Of a stretch of DNA of 64,000 nt, positions 44,631 through 57,931 are shown piece by piece. The DNA comes from Adineta vaga. Taxonomy: Eukaryota; Animalia; Rotifera. Position 1 is the stretch's first letter; each line of letters begins with the position of its first letter. The DNA lies in NCBI GenBank assembly GCA_021613535.1, contig CP075493.1, positions 558,001 through 622,000 of the forward strand. The letters are read 5' to 3'. Made by a program: the position numbers and the translations under genes. Below the pieces are notes generated by a model. The model saw only the letters and a list, made by a program, of their open reading frames with translations, made no database searches and was not told the DNA's origin.

Positions 44631-45545
44631 TTAATTGAAATCAAGAATAAATTTTTGTATTCTATTATTTCTATGATCAACAACAAATAAATTAAATTGT
44701 AAATCAAAAGTTAAACCAATTGGACCATCAAATTGATTTGATTCTTTACCTTTACCATTTCCACCAACAACAATAAATCCAATTCTATTTCCCGGTCTCC
44801 AACACATAATTCGATTATTTCCAAAATCTGCAACAAAAATATTTTTAAATTGATCAATAAAAATCGCTTGTGGATTCGATAATTGTGATAAACTATTTCC
44901 TTTTCCTAATCCACCTGCAACAACCGAACCATATTTAGCATCTTTAATCCATTTAACAATTCTATTATTATTACTATCTGATACATAAATTGAATATTCT
45001 TGATCAATAAAAATAAAAGTCGGCCAATTTAATTGATGATCTCTACATCCTTTACCATTTCCACCTGCAACAATTGTTCCATTATTTTCTCCTTTCTTCC
45101 ATTGTTTAACTTCATTATTTTCATAATCAGAAACATAAATATTTCCATCTTTATCTAAAGTAATACCATAACAATTAATATTAGAAATAAGAATTGTTTG
45201 TTTATTATTTTCATCTTGTCGTACAATTCTTTTATTTCCCCAATCACAAATAATAATCGAATTATTTTTTTCATCTTTAATAATATCCGTTGGTTGATTT
45301 AATTGATTAATACCAAAACCAAAACCATTTCTTCCTGCAATAATTTCTCCTTTTTCATCATTAGATTTCCATTTCATTATACGATTATTTCCATAATCAG
45401 CAATATAAATTGTTTGATTAAAATCAATAAAAATTCCTTGAGGCCAAAATAATTGATGTAAATCTTGACCTGGTTGATTTCCTCCTACTATTGTAATACC
45501 AGATTGTTTCCATTTTAGATTTGTATTGATAAAGAGATAAGACAA
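44631..45545 (-). CDS. NHL-repeat beta-propeller protein (start uncertain)
   Basis: Repeated G..VAGGNGxG...QLxxP.GIFID...IYVADxxNNRI units. The nearest ATG (45574) is one base out of frame across a poly-T run. Confidence 0.85.
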   Translation of the reverse strand: MSYLFINTNLKWKQSGITIVGGNQPGQDLHQLFWPQGIFIDFNQTIYIADYGNNRIMKWKSNDEKGEIIAGRNGFGFGINQLNQPTDIIKDEKNNSIIICDWGNKRIVRQDENNKQTILISNINCYGITLDKDGNIYVSDYENNEVKQWKKGENNGTIVAGGNGKGCRDHQLNWPTFIFIDQEYSIYVSDSNNNRIVKWIKDAKYGSVVAGGLGKGNSLSQLSNPQAIFIDQFKNIFVADFGNNRIMCWRPGNRIGFIVVGGNGKGKESNQFDGPIGLTFDLQFNLFVVDHRNNRIQKFILDFN

Positions 45546-46243
45546 AAAAGAAAAGTAAAAAATCGTTTGTTCATTTTTATCGATATTTACGAAAAAAACT
45601 TAATCTTCTAGAGGCACATTTAATCGTATAATGGTGATATAAAGGTGAATGACGATATAATATATATTGAAAAATATTTTGAAATTATTTCATAATTTCT
45701 ATTTGATTATAAATATAAGATTTATTCAAAAATAAAATTACATAAAAAAAAATTCTTTTTTTGGAATTATTAATATGAATTGTTATAGTAGTGATTATGA
45801 TGAAATTATATTCTAAAAGAAGAATTTAATAGATTATCAAATGTTTAATTTTATTTAAATAAGATAATTTGTTAAATATTTTATTATTTCTCTTTTTTTT
45901 TTTTCTTAAATTTTAATTTTGAAATTTTGTTCAAAATAAATTAATATTTGAACAAAAGAAAAGATTTTTGTTTTATTTAATAAATGAAAAAGAATATTTG
46001 ATTATTATCGAATATGTTTCTTCCAATATTGTTTCCCTTGAATAATTTTCCCTTCTTTATCAATTATCTCATGGAAATTTCCTATCTCAAAAATATTATA
46101 TAATAAAAGATAATTTTTTACATTTCTTGTAAATATTTTTAATAAAAATGGTTTATTTATTTCATCGATTGGAATTTTTTTTATATAAAAATCTTTATCA
46201 ATATCAATTTCGATTATTTCAAACTTCAATTTCTTATTTGAAA

Positions 46244-46660
46244 ATGAATTCAAATGATGACCAAGGATTATTAGGAATAAAAGATACAACTGATTATCTT
46301 AAATATGAACGAAATGCATTATTATTTCTAAAAACAAATGAATATTGGAAAGCATTATTAGCTTTAGAAAAATCATTTGATATACAAAAGAATATATTTC
46401 ATTCAAATCATATTAATTTAACATTAATTTATGATAAAATTGCTTCTGTTTATTATCAAATGGGTAAATATAATCAATCACTTTTATTTTATGAAAAATC
46501 ATTTGAAATACGAAAAAGAAATCTTTCATCAAATCGTATTGATTTAGTTCAATCTTATCAAGATATGTCTCAAATTTATTTTATTAAAGGAAATATTTCT
46601 CAAGGTATTCGATTACATCATAAATCAATTGATATTAAAGATAATCTTAAACAGATTTAA
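46244..46660 (+). CDS. TPR-repeat protein (kinesin light chain/nephrocystin-3-like TPRs), possibly a truncated remnant
   Basis: EYWKALLALEKSFDIQK..HINLTLIYDKIASVYYQMGKYNQSLLFYEKSFEIRK..DLVQSYQDMSQIY repeat at about 42-aa periodicity. Confidence 0.65.
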   Translation: MNSNDDQGLLGIKDTTDYLKYERNALLFLKTNEYWKALLALEKSFDIQKNIFHSNHINLTLIYDKIASVYYQMGKYNQSLLFYEKSFEIRKRNLSSNRIDLVQSYQDMSQIYFIKGNISQGIRLHHKSIDIKDNLKQI

Positions 46661-48303
46661 TCTTTTTCTTATTCATTTATAAAAATATTTATTAAAACAA
46701 TTTCAAATCAATATACAATTACAAAGATATATTTATATGTTTATATAAATTTTAACCAAGGTTTTCTTTCTTATTTTTTATTCAAGATGTAACTAATATT
46801 TTCTTTATTTTTTTTTAAAATAATATTAATTAATCAATCATTTATATTTTAAAGTCAAATTAAGAAATTTTTATATTTTTTCTTAAATAAAATATTATTA
46901 TAAACCAGCATGAATTATATAATCAATTGTAATGAAAGGCGATAAAATCGAAAATCTTTCATTTCTATCAATACTTGTAGTTTGACCTGATCAAGTATGG
47001 GAATAATTACCATTTATCTTAATGGACAATCCCGTGACACCTGTCGGAATATTATTTTATTGGTTCATCACTACCACTTGTGATACCTTCATAGTTATAT
47101 GTGTGTATGACCAGTAATAACTTGATTTCACCATCAACAATGAAAATATCATTCGATCTAGAGTCCGGCGGAACGGTCGAGATCGTGATGAAAAAACTCG
47201 GTCCCGACGAACTCTACCTAAGGCCAATGTTTTTATCTCATCTGGTAACAATTTAACATTCACATCTAATATTCTTATCATTATCTATATCGGTTTATTT
47301 TGATTATTTTTGAGTATGATCGCGGGTGAGGATGTATGAATGAAGAAAGACATCCTATACTTTATGTCATACTTATTTATACCCTTGAAATCATATATCG
47401 TTATAATAGATTAATTTTTTGTGAAAACTGTTCATAGCCGTCATTTGAAGTTTCCATCAGTCGTGACATTCGTTGAAATTGTTTGTCGTGTGTACACGGC
47501 CTTGATTATGGTATACGATAGAACTAAAATAATGGAACTGTGAGTGTAAGTGCGCGCAAGGAGAACGTTTTCTTATACGTATATTCATACTCATGTACTC
47601 GTCACTATATGATGTTACGATTCTCATTGCTAAAAGAGTATCACTCAAGATGCCAAGAACTTGGCACAATAGGTGGAAACATAAGCCGTGAATCGCAGTC
47701 GTCCACATATGATTTATGGTTCGATAATGAAAACTATGCGAAAGAAATGTCGTTCATGAATGTGTCATAATCTCAGTTCTAGACTTCATTATGGATGAAG
47801 GTGCGTAATTCTTGTATCTATTTCGCATTCATTCACTATCATCGTTAAAATAATCGCAGCAATTTCAAAAAACGTATCGTAGCGAGATATCATATTTTAT
47901 TCAATTGTCAGCCTAAAAAAGATAGATTAACAAGCACGTTCTTCACACTTACAATATATAATGAATATACAGAACATGATAGAGCAATAAAACGATAATG
48001 ATACGAGAGAACACGTTATCACAATATAGTCAGAAATATAAAACTATTTCTTGCTTATTATTTCAGAGAGAAAATGAGAGTGAAGTCAGGCAAATTCTAT
48101 CATCATACTTCATCGTCTATTTGCATATATGATTATCATACGTCTTCATGAGTATATATCCTATTCCATAATATTGAACATTCGGAAATCAATTATGCCT
48201 CAGTGATCAGTTCGTACGGTTTCTGGAATTCGACATCAATTGCATTCCTTGCAACTTTTTCTCGGAATAATACATTCATTCACTCACATCCGTTTCAGAA
48301 TAA

Positions 48304-51300
48304 ATGGCGATATTTAGGTTTATATTGTTTATACATCTGTTCGTAGTTTTCAATGAATCGTTCCATCTCTACCATACAAATGTTGCGGATAATCATGATT
48401 ACAACAATTGTTTGTATTCATTCACAATGAATATTGAAATCAATGAATGGCAATTAGTACCTTATTGTATCAGACACGATTTGTTCAATATCAATAATGT
48501 TAGTGGTTATTGTAACGGTGAGATCGATTTCACTTTTCGAGATTTGAAATTGAAGAATACGAACATTTATCATCTATACAGATGGCATGCATCTATCGAT
48601 ATAATTAATGATTATCAGAAATATCTAATCAATAATGATCCACTATTAGCTAATCGACATTATTGTAACTGTTCAGGTAAGATTCAATTAATATTTATTG
48701 AATTGTTAATTTCTAAATAAACTATTTTTTAGCTCACTGGTTTGGTGATCAATGTCAATATTCTTTCGAACAAGCAGATGAGATTATCTCGTTCGATGAT
48801 ATAATCAAATTTCAGTTCGCTAGAAAATATCCTCTGAACGATAATTATGAAAACTTATCAGACAGGTCGATGCTCACATGTTACAAAGGTCTTCAATGTC
48901 GTTCAACAATTTGCCTTGATTGGCGGCAAATTTGCGACGGTGTATTTAATTGTGAAGATGGAGAGGATGAATCCGAAGATTGTTTATTGTTGGAGATGAA
49001 TGAATGTGAAATAAATGAATATCGATGTCGACATGGAATGTGTATTTCAAAAACGTTTCTAATCGATTTTAGCTATGACTGTATGGATCTAAGCGATGAA
49101 ATTGAAACATACACTATGGATAATTCGGATTTCAACTGTTTTTCCTCGTCAGCATTGTTATGTGAATATCGCTTATGTAATATAGGTTATTTTTCGTGTG
49201 GTGATGGACAATGTCTGTATATGAATGATGAATATGATTCATGTGACAACGGTCGTGATTTGTTTCTTCGAAAGAACCTTCTTCTTTCTACTTTAACTAA
49301 CAACAAAAACAGTTCGACTAATACCACCTTTGAATGTTGGCTTATAATGCTATGTGTATCTGGTGAAAAAGATACAAATCTATTTAATTACGATTATGAT
49401 AGATGTAAGTGTACATCATATTCTTGGAATACTGAGAGATGTCAGAAAATCTTACGCGAAAGTTGTCCTACTTCTCTGCTTTTCCAAACTGGAAGAAATT
49501 TCATGTATCCATTCGTTCAATTTTTTTATCACAATACAGCAGACAATGATTTTGATTGGATCTGGCCAACTCACATTTGTTATAAATACAGTAACTGCAA
49601 GAGTTTTCTATTTAATGGTTTGCCATTGATCGATGGCATGTTGTGTATCGCTGAAGAAGAACTTAATACTGATTGGATTTCAAATCCATCATACTTAACA
49701 TTAGCTTTTTCGGGATGTAGTTCTCGTCATTTATTCGGATTAGGAAAGAATGAGCGGCTTTTTCACTGCAATGAATCGTTGAAAATTATTTCAGTGCATC
49801 GTTTAGATGATAGTTTTCCTGATTGCTATTACAAAGAAGATGAATCTGTCTATATAAATTCAACTGGGACGTATACTTTTAATTTTACAGATCGTTTCGA
49901 ATGTGTAACGGACAAAAGAATGATACCACGACTAATGATTGGTAGTGGTATCTGTTCTGATAAGTCCGATAAATTGTATATTGGTAATTGCAAAAAAGCA
50001 CTTGATTTTGGATGTCAGTTTATTCGAGGTCTTTACTCATCATCTATCTACTATTTATTTAAAGAAAATTGTAATGGTGTTTTGCACATAACGTTTTCTA
50101 TTGACAATGAAACAGATGAAACAAATTGTGAAGAATGGCCAGTGTATCGATGTGATGGTCATTGGGATGTCAGTAACGGTGAAGATGAATTGAACTGTCA
50201 TAATACCATTTTATCTTACATCACGCATAAAGTCTTCAGATGTGATGTTAACGAACATTATTGCGGACTTAGAAATGGAACTATAAGTTGCTTATCAAAA
50301 CAATACGCTGGTGATGGCGTTGTTGATTGTATCGGAGCAACAGATGAAAGAACAAGTTCTTGTAATCATACGGACGTTGTAGGTCCATTTAACTGCGGTT
50401 GGGATATATGCATACCGGTAATGTATCTTTGCAATCATATGAAACTATGTAATCAACCTATTGAAAATATATTTTGTCCATGGATGATACACTTTACATG
50501 TGCTTGGCAACAATTTCCTTGTAAAAATAGAACATGTATTGAAAGATCTAAACAATGTGATAACATTATCGACTGCGAACCAAATGGGGAAGATGAATGG
50601 TTTTGTGATCTTAATCCTCCACAAATCACGTTGGTGTCTCTGGATAAAATTATAGAATATCCTTCTGTAATTCATGCACAGAATAAGATGATACATTCTA
50701 CAATTCACTTAACCAAACCATTACGAATTAATTACCCTTCATTTAAAACAGGCAATTCATTCGATGTCTGGTTCTGTAATCGAGGTATTCTTGTTACGGG
50801 AAGATTTCTCGATATCACGTGTTTTTGTCCACCGAGTTACTATGGTCGAAGGTGTGAATATCAAGCTGAATTTTTATTAGTTACTGTTCGAATCGATATA
50901 CCAATCAGTTTAGTTAGTCGTCAGTATCAACAAAATCTCATTCTATTAGTAGCTCGTTTGTTTCTCGATGATGAAGTGGTCCATCATGAACAGATTATGC
51001 ACATGCCATTAATGAAACAAATGTTTTATTTAAACTATCCTCGATCATCACCGAAACGGCGCGCCAATTGGTCTGTTTTTCTCGACGCATTTTCAGTTAC
51101 AAGGAACAGTGTTGATTTTAAAACATCATGGCTATTCAAAGTGCCATTTTCCTTCCTTCCTGTTAATAGACTTGTCTTACATCTAATACTAAAAGACCAA
51201 GACATTTGTAATACTCTTAAATGTATTCATGGTGTTTGCAAAAAATATTTGAATTCACCACATTATGCATACTGTCATTGTGAAGACAATTGGTCTGGTA

Positions 51301-53159
51301 AGAATTGTAATATAACGACAGTCTGCTCATGTACTGCAGATGGTAGATGTCTTAACCATTATCACACATCGATTTGCATCTGTCCTCTTGGTCGAATGGG
51401 CAGTAAATGTCAAACGCTATTTGATCCTTGTATTGACATGAAATGTCAAAATGGTGGAACATGTCTACCTCTCGATGAACGACAATTCCCGAAATTCATT
51501 TGCGCATGTGACATCGGCTATTACGGAACTTATTGCGAACTGATTGATGCTCAGATTAATATTCACTTTTCAAGTTCTCTTGCCGATCGAGTCAATGGAT
51601 TTTCAACAGTAGTCTTTGCTCATTTTCTCGAACAACATCATGATTCACCCGGAATTATGATAGTTCAAAATCGTGTGCTACACAAACAAGTTCAGTTCAA
51701 CAAACCATTTCATGTACTTAACAATAATCAGATGTATCTTTCAAGTTTTATTCTTCTTCAGATCTACTTTGAGCCCAATAAGTTTGACTTTTATATCGCT
51801 GCAATTATCAAAAATTCATTAACAAACATTACGACGACAGTTTATCAATCAAATCGATGTCCACATGTTAACGAACTACTTTTGAATAGAACAATACGAG
51901 AATTTCCACCTTTAAAAAAAGTAAAATATTATCAATATGCATGCGAAGTAAACAATACAATAAAGTGCTTCTATGATGAAGCTTATCTTTGTTTCTGTGA
52001 TAAATATCTTCGCCCAGAATGTCTTTTCTTTCAACAACAAACAACGCAATGTACAATAGATTATTGTAAGAATAATGGACAATGTGTACAAAATAATTTC
52101 AATGGAATATGGGATTTTGGTTGTGTATGTGGTGGATGTACGTACGGTTCTTTGTGTCAATTAGCAACGTCACAATATGCGCTCTCGTTAGATGTTATAC
52201 TCGGTCAAGACATTCGTGAAAACGTATCATTTAGAAATCAACCTTTTCTAATCAAGCTAACATTATCTGTTCTTATTGTAATGCTCTCAATCGGATTAGT
52301 ATCTAACGTTTTATCATTCGTAGTTTTTAAGCAGCCAAAAGTTCAGGATTTCGGATGTGGCGTGTATTTATTTTGGCTCTCAATTATTAGTCAGGGTGGA
52401 CTGTCAGCACTGGTTGCTCGATTCTTTTATTTATTAGGTACGCAAATTTACGATGTTCAGAGTCGTTCGACTGCACTCTGGTGTTGTATAATTTTGGAAT
52501 ATTGTCTTACTGTGTGTCCAATGCTTTTCGACTGGCTAACGACATGTATCGCGGTTGAACGTAGCGTCAACATGCTCAAAGGTACTTCATTTAAAAAGAT
52601 GGATAGTGTTCGGTGGGCAAAACGTATGATATGGATTCTTATAGTCGTTATCTTAATGTGCGCATGGCACGAACCGTTCATTCACCAACTGATTGATGAT
52701 CCTCGAGCAACAACTCAGCACACATGGTGTATGATCGCATTTCAGTGGCCATGGTTAGAACATTATCGTTCAACAATAATTATAATAAATCTGATTGTTC
52801 CAGGTACGATTAATTTGGTTGCGACCATATTTTTATTGTACAAGTCAACAAGAATGAAACAAAATCTTCTCAGCAAAGGAACAAAAAAAACAAATTTTAC
52901 AATATTCAAGAAACAGTTGCCCATGTATGGTAGTCCGTTTGGATTAAGTGTTTTCAGCTTGATTCGACTGATTATTGCGTTCACACTAGTCTGTATTACT
53001 CATCAATGGCAAAAGTACTTTTATCTCACAGTTTATCTCGTTTCATATATTCCATTGATGAGTACATTCGTCATTTTTATTTTACCAGCCAAGATTTATA
53101 AAGCAGAATTTAATGTATTACTTCAACGAACGGGTCGAAAACTAAGATTCTATCTTTAA
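48304..53159 (+). CDS. Large GPCR with LDL-receptor class A and EGF-like ectodomain (about 1599 aa); 2 exons
   Basis: Exons 48304-48676 and 48733-53159 splice in frame (CNCS-A-HWFGDQCQY). Signal peptide, several LDLa units (CDGVFNCEDGEDE, CDNIIDCEPNGEDE), EGF repeats (CQNGGTC..CACDIGYYGTYCE) and a C-terminal 7TM with IAVER. Confidence 0.92.
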
Positions 53160-54249
53160 TACAGAAATTTATTCAACACGATGTGTTACAAGACATGAAT
53201 CGATTTGAATATTTAAATAAGTTCAAGAAAAGAAATCTGTTGTAATTTTCACTTACAATGAGATTGTGTTCTCATCCTGTTTAATGATGCTAATGCCAGA
53301 CGATGTGAGTTTGAGTACATGTAGATGTCATTTTCATTCGTACTCGTATACCTTGTCTAGGGAATAAATAAAATATATCTATTTATTTCTATCTGTAAAA
53401 ACTCGATTATAGTACCCTTGACAAAGAAACAAACATTATTTTTCATATTAAAATATAATGAACAAGAAGAAAAAAAGTAATTTCTACTTATTTGAAACTT
53501 CCATTTTCATACAAAGTTGAAATGGATTCGAAACGATTATTTATATATTCACTCTATACTATAGTAGTTTATGTGATGATTTTTTTATATTGAAAGAAAA
53601 CACACATTTTCTTGTGCAGACATCAGATAAAAACAAGAGACAAATCAAGGATAGAACGGTATAAGAAGGTTAAACATGAAGAAAAATACGAGAAACTTTT
53701 GTGTGGTCACAATTCACTCTTGATTGATTATATTGATAAGAATTATTATGGGTCAATCGTTTCAGCGATTCTAATTGAGAACTCACACTTTTCTTGTTAT
53801 AACTCTCTTTTGAACATCATTCTTAATAATAATGTATCATATAGACGTCGATCTATAAGCGTCAATACTGTAAAGATAGTTGTTAATTTATATTTGTCTG
53901 ATTACTCTAGTGTTGTCATAAGAATATTGGATGATTTTCCAATTGACAGCTTTGATTGATAATATTTATAATTAAAAACTATATTAATTAAAATGAATGT
54001 AAAAAATAAATAGGAGCCTTTGATTTTTGTCACTCATCTCTTTGGAGAAAATTCCACAAAAAATAATCATTGATATATATATATCAACGACATTGTATTT
54101 ACATTTGGATTATTAAAAAGGAATACGACAGCAAGGTACAAAAACAAGAGAACATAAGTTAGTTGTATTTCCGACTATCTAATTAGAAAGTAAGAACGAA
54201 CTGATGAGATTGATGTGTAAACATGCTATCTTCATCCTCACTCTCATCC

Positions 54250-55131
54250 TCACTCAATTAGCAACTTTTTCATCATACGTAATGCTTCTAATGCAGCAAG
54301 AGGTAACGAAATATTATCTTCATGTTTATCAATATGTGCTTGATGTAAATTGATTCGAATATGTGCCGCATGGCCTCCACGTGTACGATGTTCTGCTATG
54401 ATGCGTGTCGCTTCAGTACGTACTTTGGCCATTACAGTTCCACAGCCAATTTCTAAAACAGTCAGCATTCGTTCGGCAGATAATTCATAAAAGAATGTTT
54501 CATGACGTATACGTGCTACTTCAACATGGGATGTATTCCAATGACCATCGACTGCCAATGCCGTACATATACGTGTTGGACCACCACATTCTATGCATAA
54601 TGGTGGTGATCCAAGTAATAACATTGTGTTCAAATTTACCAAGGGCATATTTGTCGTGTCTAGTGGCCATGGATCTACACCACAGTTATGCATACACTGT
54701 GCATCATACATTGATCCATGCATCTCGAATACATTGTCGGATGTGAAGCCTGAACGTAAGAAATGACGATCCAAATTTGTTGTTATAACACGTAGAGTAC
54801 GTTTGCGACATTTACTCCAATCATAAAGTATCTGATAGCCGACATGTGGCAACACATTCATGTATTCACGTTGTCTTGTGAGCCAATGTCCCCATGCTAA
54901 TGCAGGATTTTGTTTGAACAATGTATGATTGGATACATCATATATATTCAGCCCGATTTGTGCTAGTCGTGGATGTGCACGTTGAATACCACCATAATAG
55001 TCTGGAATACCAGCATCGACACCCATTCCAGCACCTGCCGCTATTAATAGTACATCAGCGTTACGTACGTACTCAGCTGCACGATCTATGGGTTTTTCAG
55101 GATCTTGTTGTTGGTCTCGAATAATAGTCAT
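54250..55131 (-). CDS. Sir2-family NAD-dependent deacylase/ADP-ribosyltransferase, microbial type, intronless
   Basis: AAGAGMGVDAGIPDY, TTNLD, catalytic EMHGS, Zn ribbon CMHNC...CIECG, VLEIGCG, IRIN. The first ATG is at 55131; the ORF track start is a TTG. Confidence 0.9.
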   Translation of the reverse strand: MTIIRDQQQDPEKPIDRAAEYVRNADVLLIAAGAGMGVDAGIPDYYGGIQRAHPRLAQIGLNIYDVSNHTLFKQNPALAWGHWLTRQREYMNVLPHVGYQILYDWSKCRKRTLRVITTNLDRHFLRSGFTSDNVFEMHGSMYDAQCMHNCGVDPWPLDTTNMPLVNLNTMLLLGSPPLCIECGGPTRICTALAVDGHWNTSHVEVARIRHETFFYELSAERMLTVLEIGCGTVMAKVRTEATRIIAEHRTRGGHAAHIRINLHQAHIDKHEDNISLPLAALEALRMMKKLLIE

Positions 55132-55692
55132 TATTAGTTGACGAATTATGGGATATGGCAATGAAACGACGATTTTGAAGATAATATTCAAGAATGTGAA
55201 TTGTCAACAATGAAGTATACTTTTTTTAAAAGTTAATCAATAGATAAGACAGACAATTGTTCAAATCTTATTGTATTCAACCAGTTAGATGGAAACATTA
55301 TATATATAAGAAGATATATACAAAAGCAACAAAAAGAGCAAGCGTCAGCATGATGTAGATAAAATCGTGACTAATAAAAATATCAAGAGTCAGCATAACG
55401 AAGACATTTTTCAGCACAAACAGGTACATGACATACTCAAATTAGATCTAGTTCTTTTATAAGTCAAAATATAGTCATCTCCGTACATATCATAGAGAAG
55501 AGAAAATATGAAAAGAACAGAATGAGTATGCATTTTCTTTTCTTCTATTTTCGGCACAAAGATACTTCATTGGAACGTTATCTATGAAATACAAGTGTAA
55601 ATTAAAAAAGCTTCGTCTTATAGCTCTGTTTTATTTACTATAACATGTGTACATCATTCGGTATAGAAAAAATTTTTAAAACACTATAAAAT

Positions 55693-56448
55693 ATGAACAA
55701 ATTGAACGGAAAAATTGCACTGATTACAGGTGCTTCTGAAGGTATTGGTTTAACTATTGCACAACAATTTATCATTGAAGATATAGAACATATTTTTATT
55801 ACTGGACGACGACAAGAAACACTTGATGAAGCTTTAAAAACGATTGATAATATCAATGTAACAGCTATACAAGCTGATGTATCAAATTTAATTCAACTCG
55901 ATCATCTATATAATGTTATTCAGAAAGAAAAAGGTCGTCTAGATATTATTGTAGCTAATGCAGGTATTAGTTTAATTTCATCATTGGAATCAATTAATGA
56001 ACAACAATATGATGATATATTCAATATCAATGTAAAAGGAACATTATTCACGATTCAAAAAGCTTTGCCAATATTAGTTGATGGTGGATCAATTATTCTT
56101 ATGGGATCCGTTTCTTCTATTAAAGGTCATTCAACTACTAGTGTTTATAGTGCATCAAAAGCAGCTATTCGTTCTTTTGCTCGATGTTGGGCAGTTGATT
56201 TGAAAGAACGTAAGATTCGTGTAAATACTTTAAGTCCAGGATCAATCGAAACAACTATGTTAAAAACTGTGGCTGATAATGGAATAGTGGAGACAAGTTT
56301 TATGAAAGATTTAATAGCTACCGTACCAATGAATCGAATGGGTATGACTGATGAAGTTGCTAAAGCTGCAGTTTTTCTTGCTTCAGACGATAGTAGTTAT
56401 ATAACAGGTATTGAATTCTTTGTTGATAGAGGAAGAGGACAAATCTAA
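55693..56448 (+). CDS. Classical short-chain dehydrogenase/reductase, bacterial-like, intronless
   Basis: ALITGASEGIG, VANAG, catalytic YSASK, IRVNTLSPG, FLASDDSSYITG. Confidence 0.93.
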   Translation: MNKLNGKIALITGASEGIGLTIAQQFIIEDIEHIFITGRRQETLDEALKTIDNINVTAIQADVSNLIQLDHLYNVIQKEKGRLDIIVANAGISLISSLESINEQQYDDIFNINVKGTLFTIQKALPILVDGGSIILMGSVSSIKGHSTTSVYSASKAAIRSFARCWAVDLKERKIRVNTLSPGSIETTMLKTVADNGIVETSFMKDLIATVPMNRMGMTDEVAKAAVFLASDDSSYITGIEFFVDRGRGQI

Positions 56449-56502
56449 AAAATCATGTCTTTTCTCAAGTTATTTTATAAATTCCAAAACTATAAATGAA
56501 AG

Positions 56503-57120
<618 letters not shown>

Positions 57121-57931
57121 TTGTGTGTGTGTGTGGGTTATAAGTGAAAGTATTCAGTTGACTCACATCTTCATCCATATACCCTCAAGAATTCACTTTT
57201 CATAATTAATTATATTTTATACCAAAATTCATAGCTATTATTGATATTAGATAGAAAAAGTATTCTTTCAGTGATTTGCCGTTATAGTTACTGTATTTTC
57301 AAGTAAAATCGTGAGAAGTGGAACATTATATTAATATGTGTCCGAAAGTAAAGTAAACGATAACAATTAGACTTCGATAGAGAGATATTTCTGTATCAAA
57401 AATTCTCTTTTTCGTAAATCATACATTTATAACAACATACAAATTTTAGGCGTAGCATATTTCTATGGGATAGAATGAAAAAAAAATAATATCAAGTAGG
57501 TATATATACATTTATTGTCTCTTAAAGAGTAAATGAAGAATATATATATATATATATACTTTGATTATATAAACAAATATATTCATATAGAGAAATCAGG
57601 GACGTATAAAAAGAAAGATAGAAGAAAAGAACAGAACGATTTGTATAAGCACGTGTAAGTTAAATGTTTGGGTGTTCGTTGCATAAAAGGTATTCTTTAT
57701 TCTGTTTTATACATATTACTGAAATTGTCTATGAGAGCGAATGAGTGCAAATTATCAATGTTAGTTTTTATTGAAACACAATAGACGTTTTTTGTTACGT
57801 ATTTAGGATTAGAAAATGTTCAAGATAGAAATATAAATGTATAGTTTTCGTAAAAAGAGATACAGAATAGAAATCTTTTCTTAATTACTATGATAACTTG
57901 AGTATATTAATATAAAATAGAATATTGAGTT

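Noticed and set aside
47000-47800. GC-richer patch containing a minus-strand YVDD reading, a possible reverse transcriptase relic
   Set aside because: The four-residue match is surrounded by stops and no other RT motifs are visible.
49354-52984. Several short ORFs overlapping the large GPCR
   Set aside because: They are alternative-frame or antisense by-products of a long coding exon.
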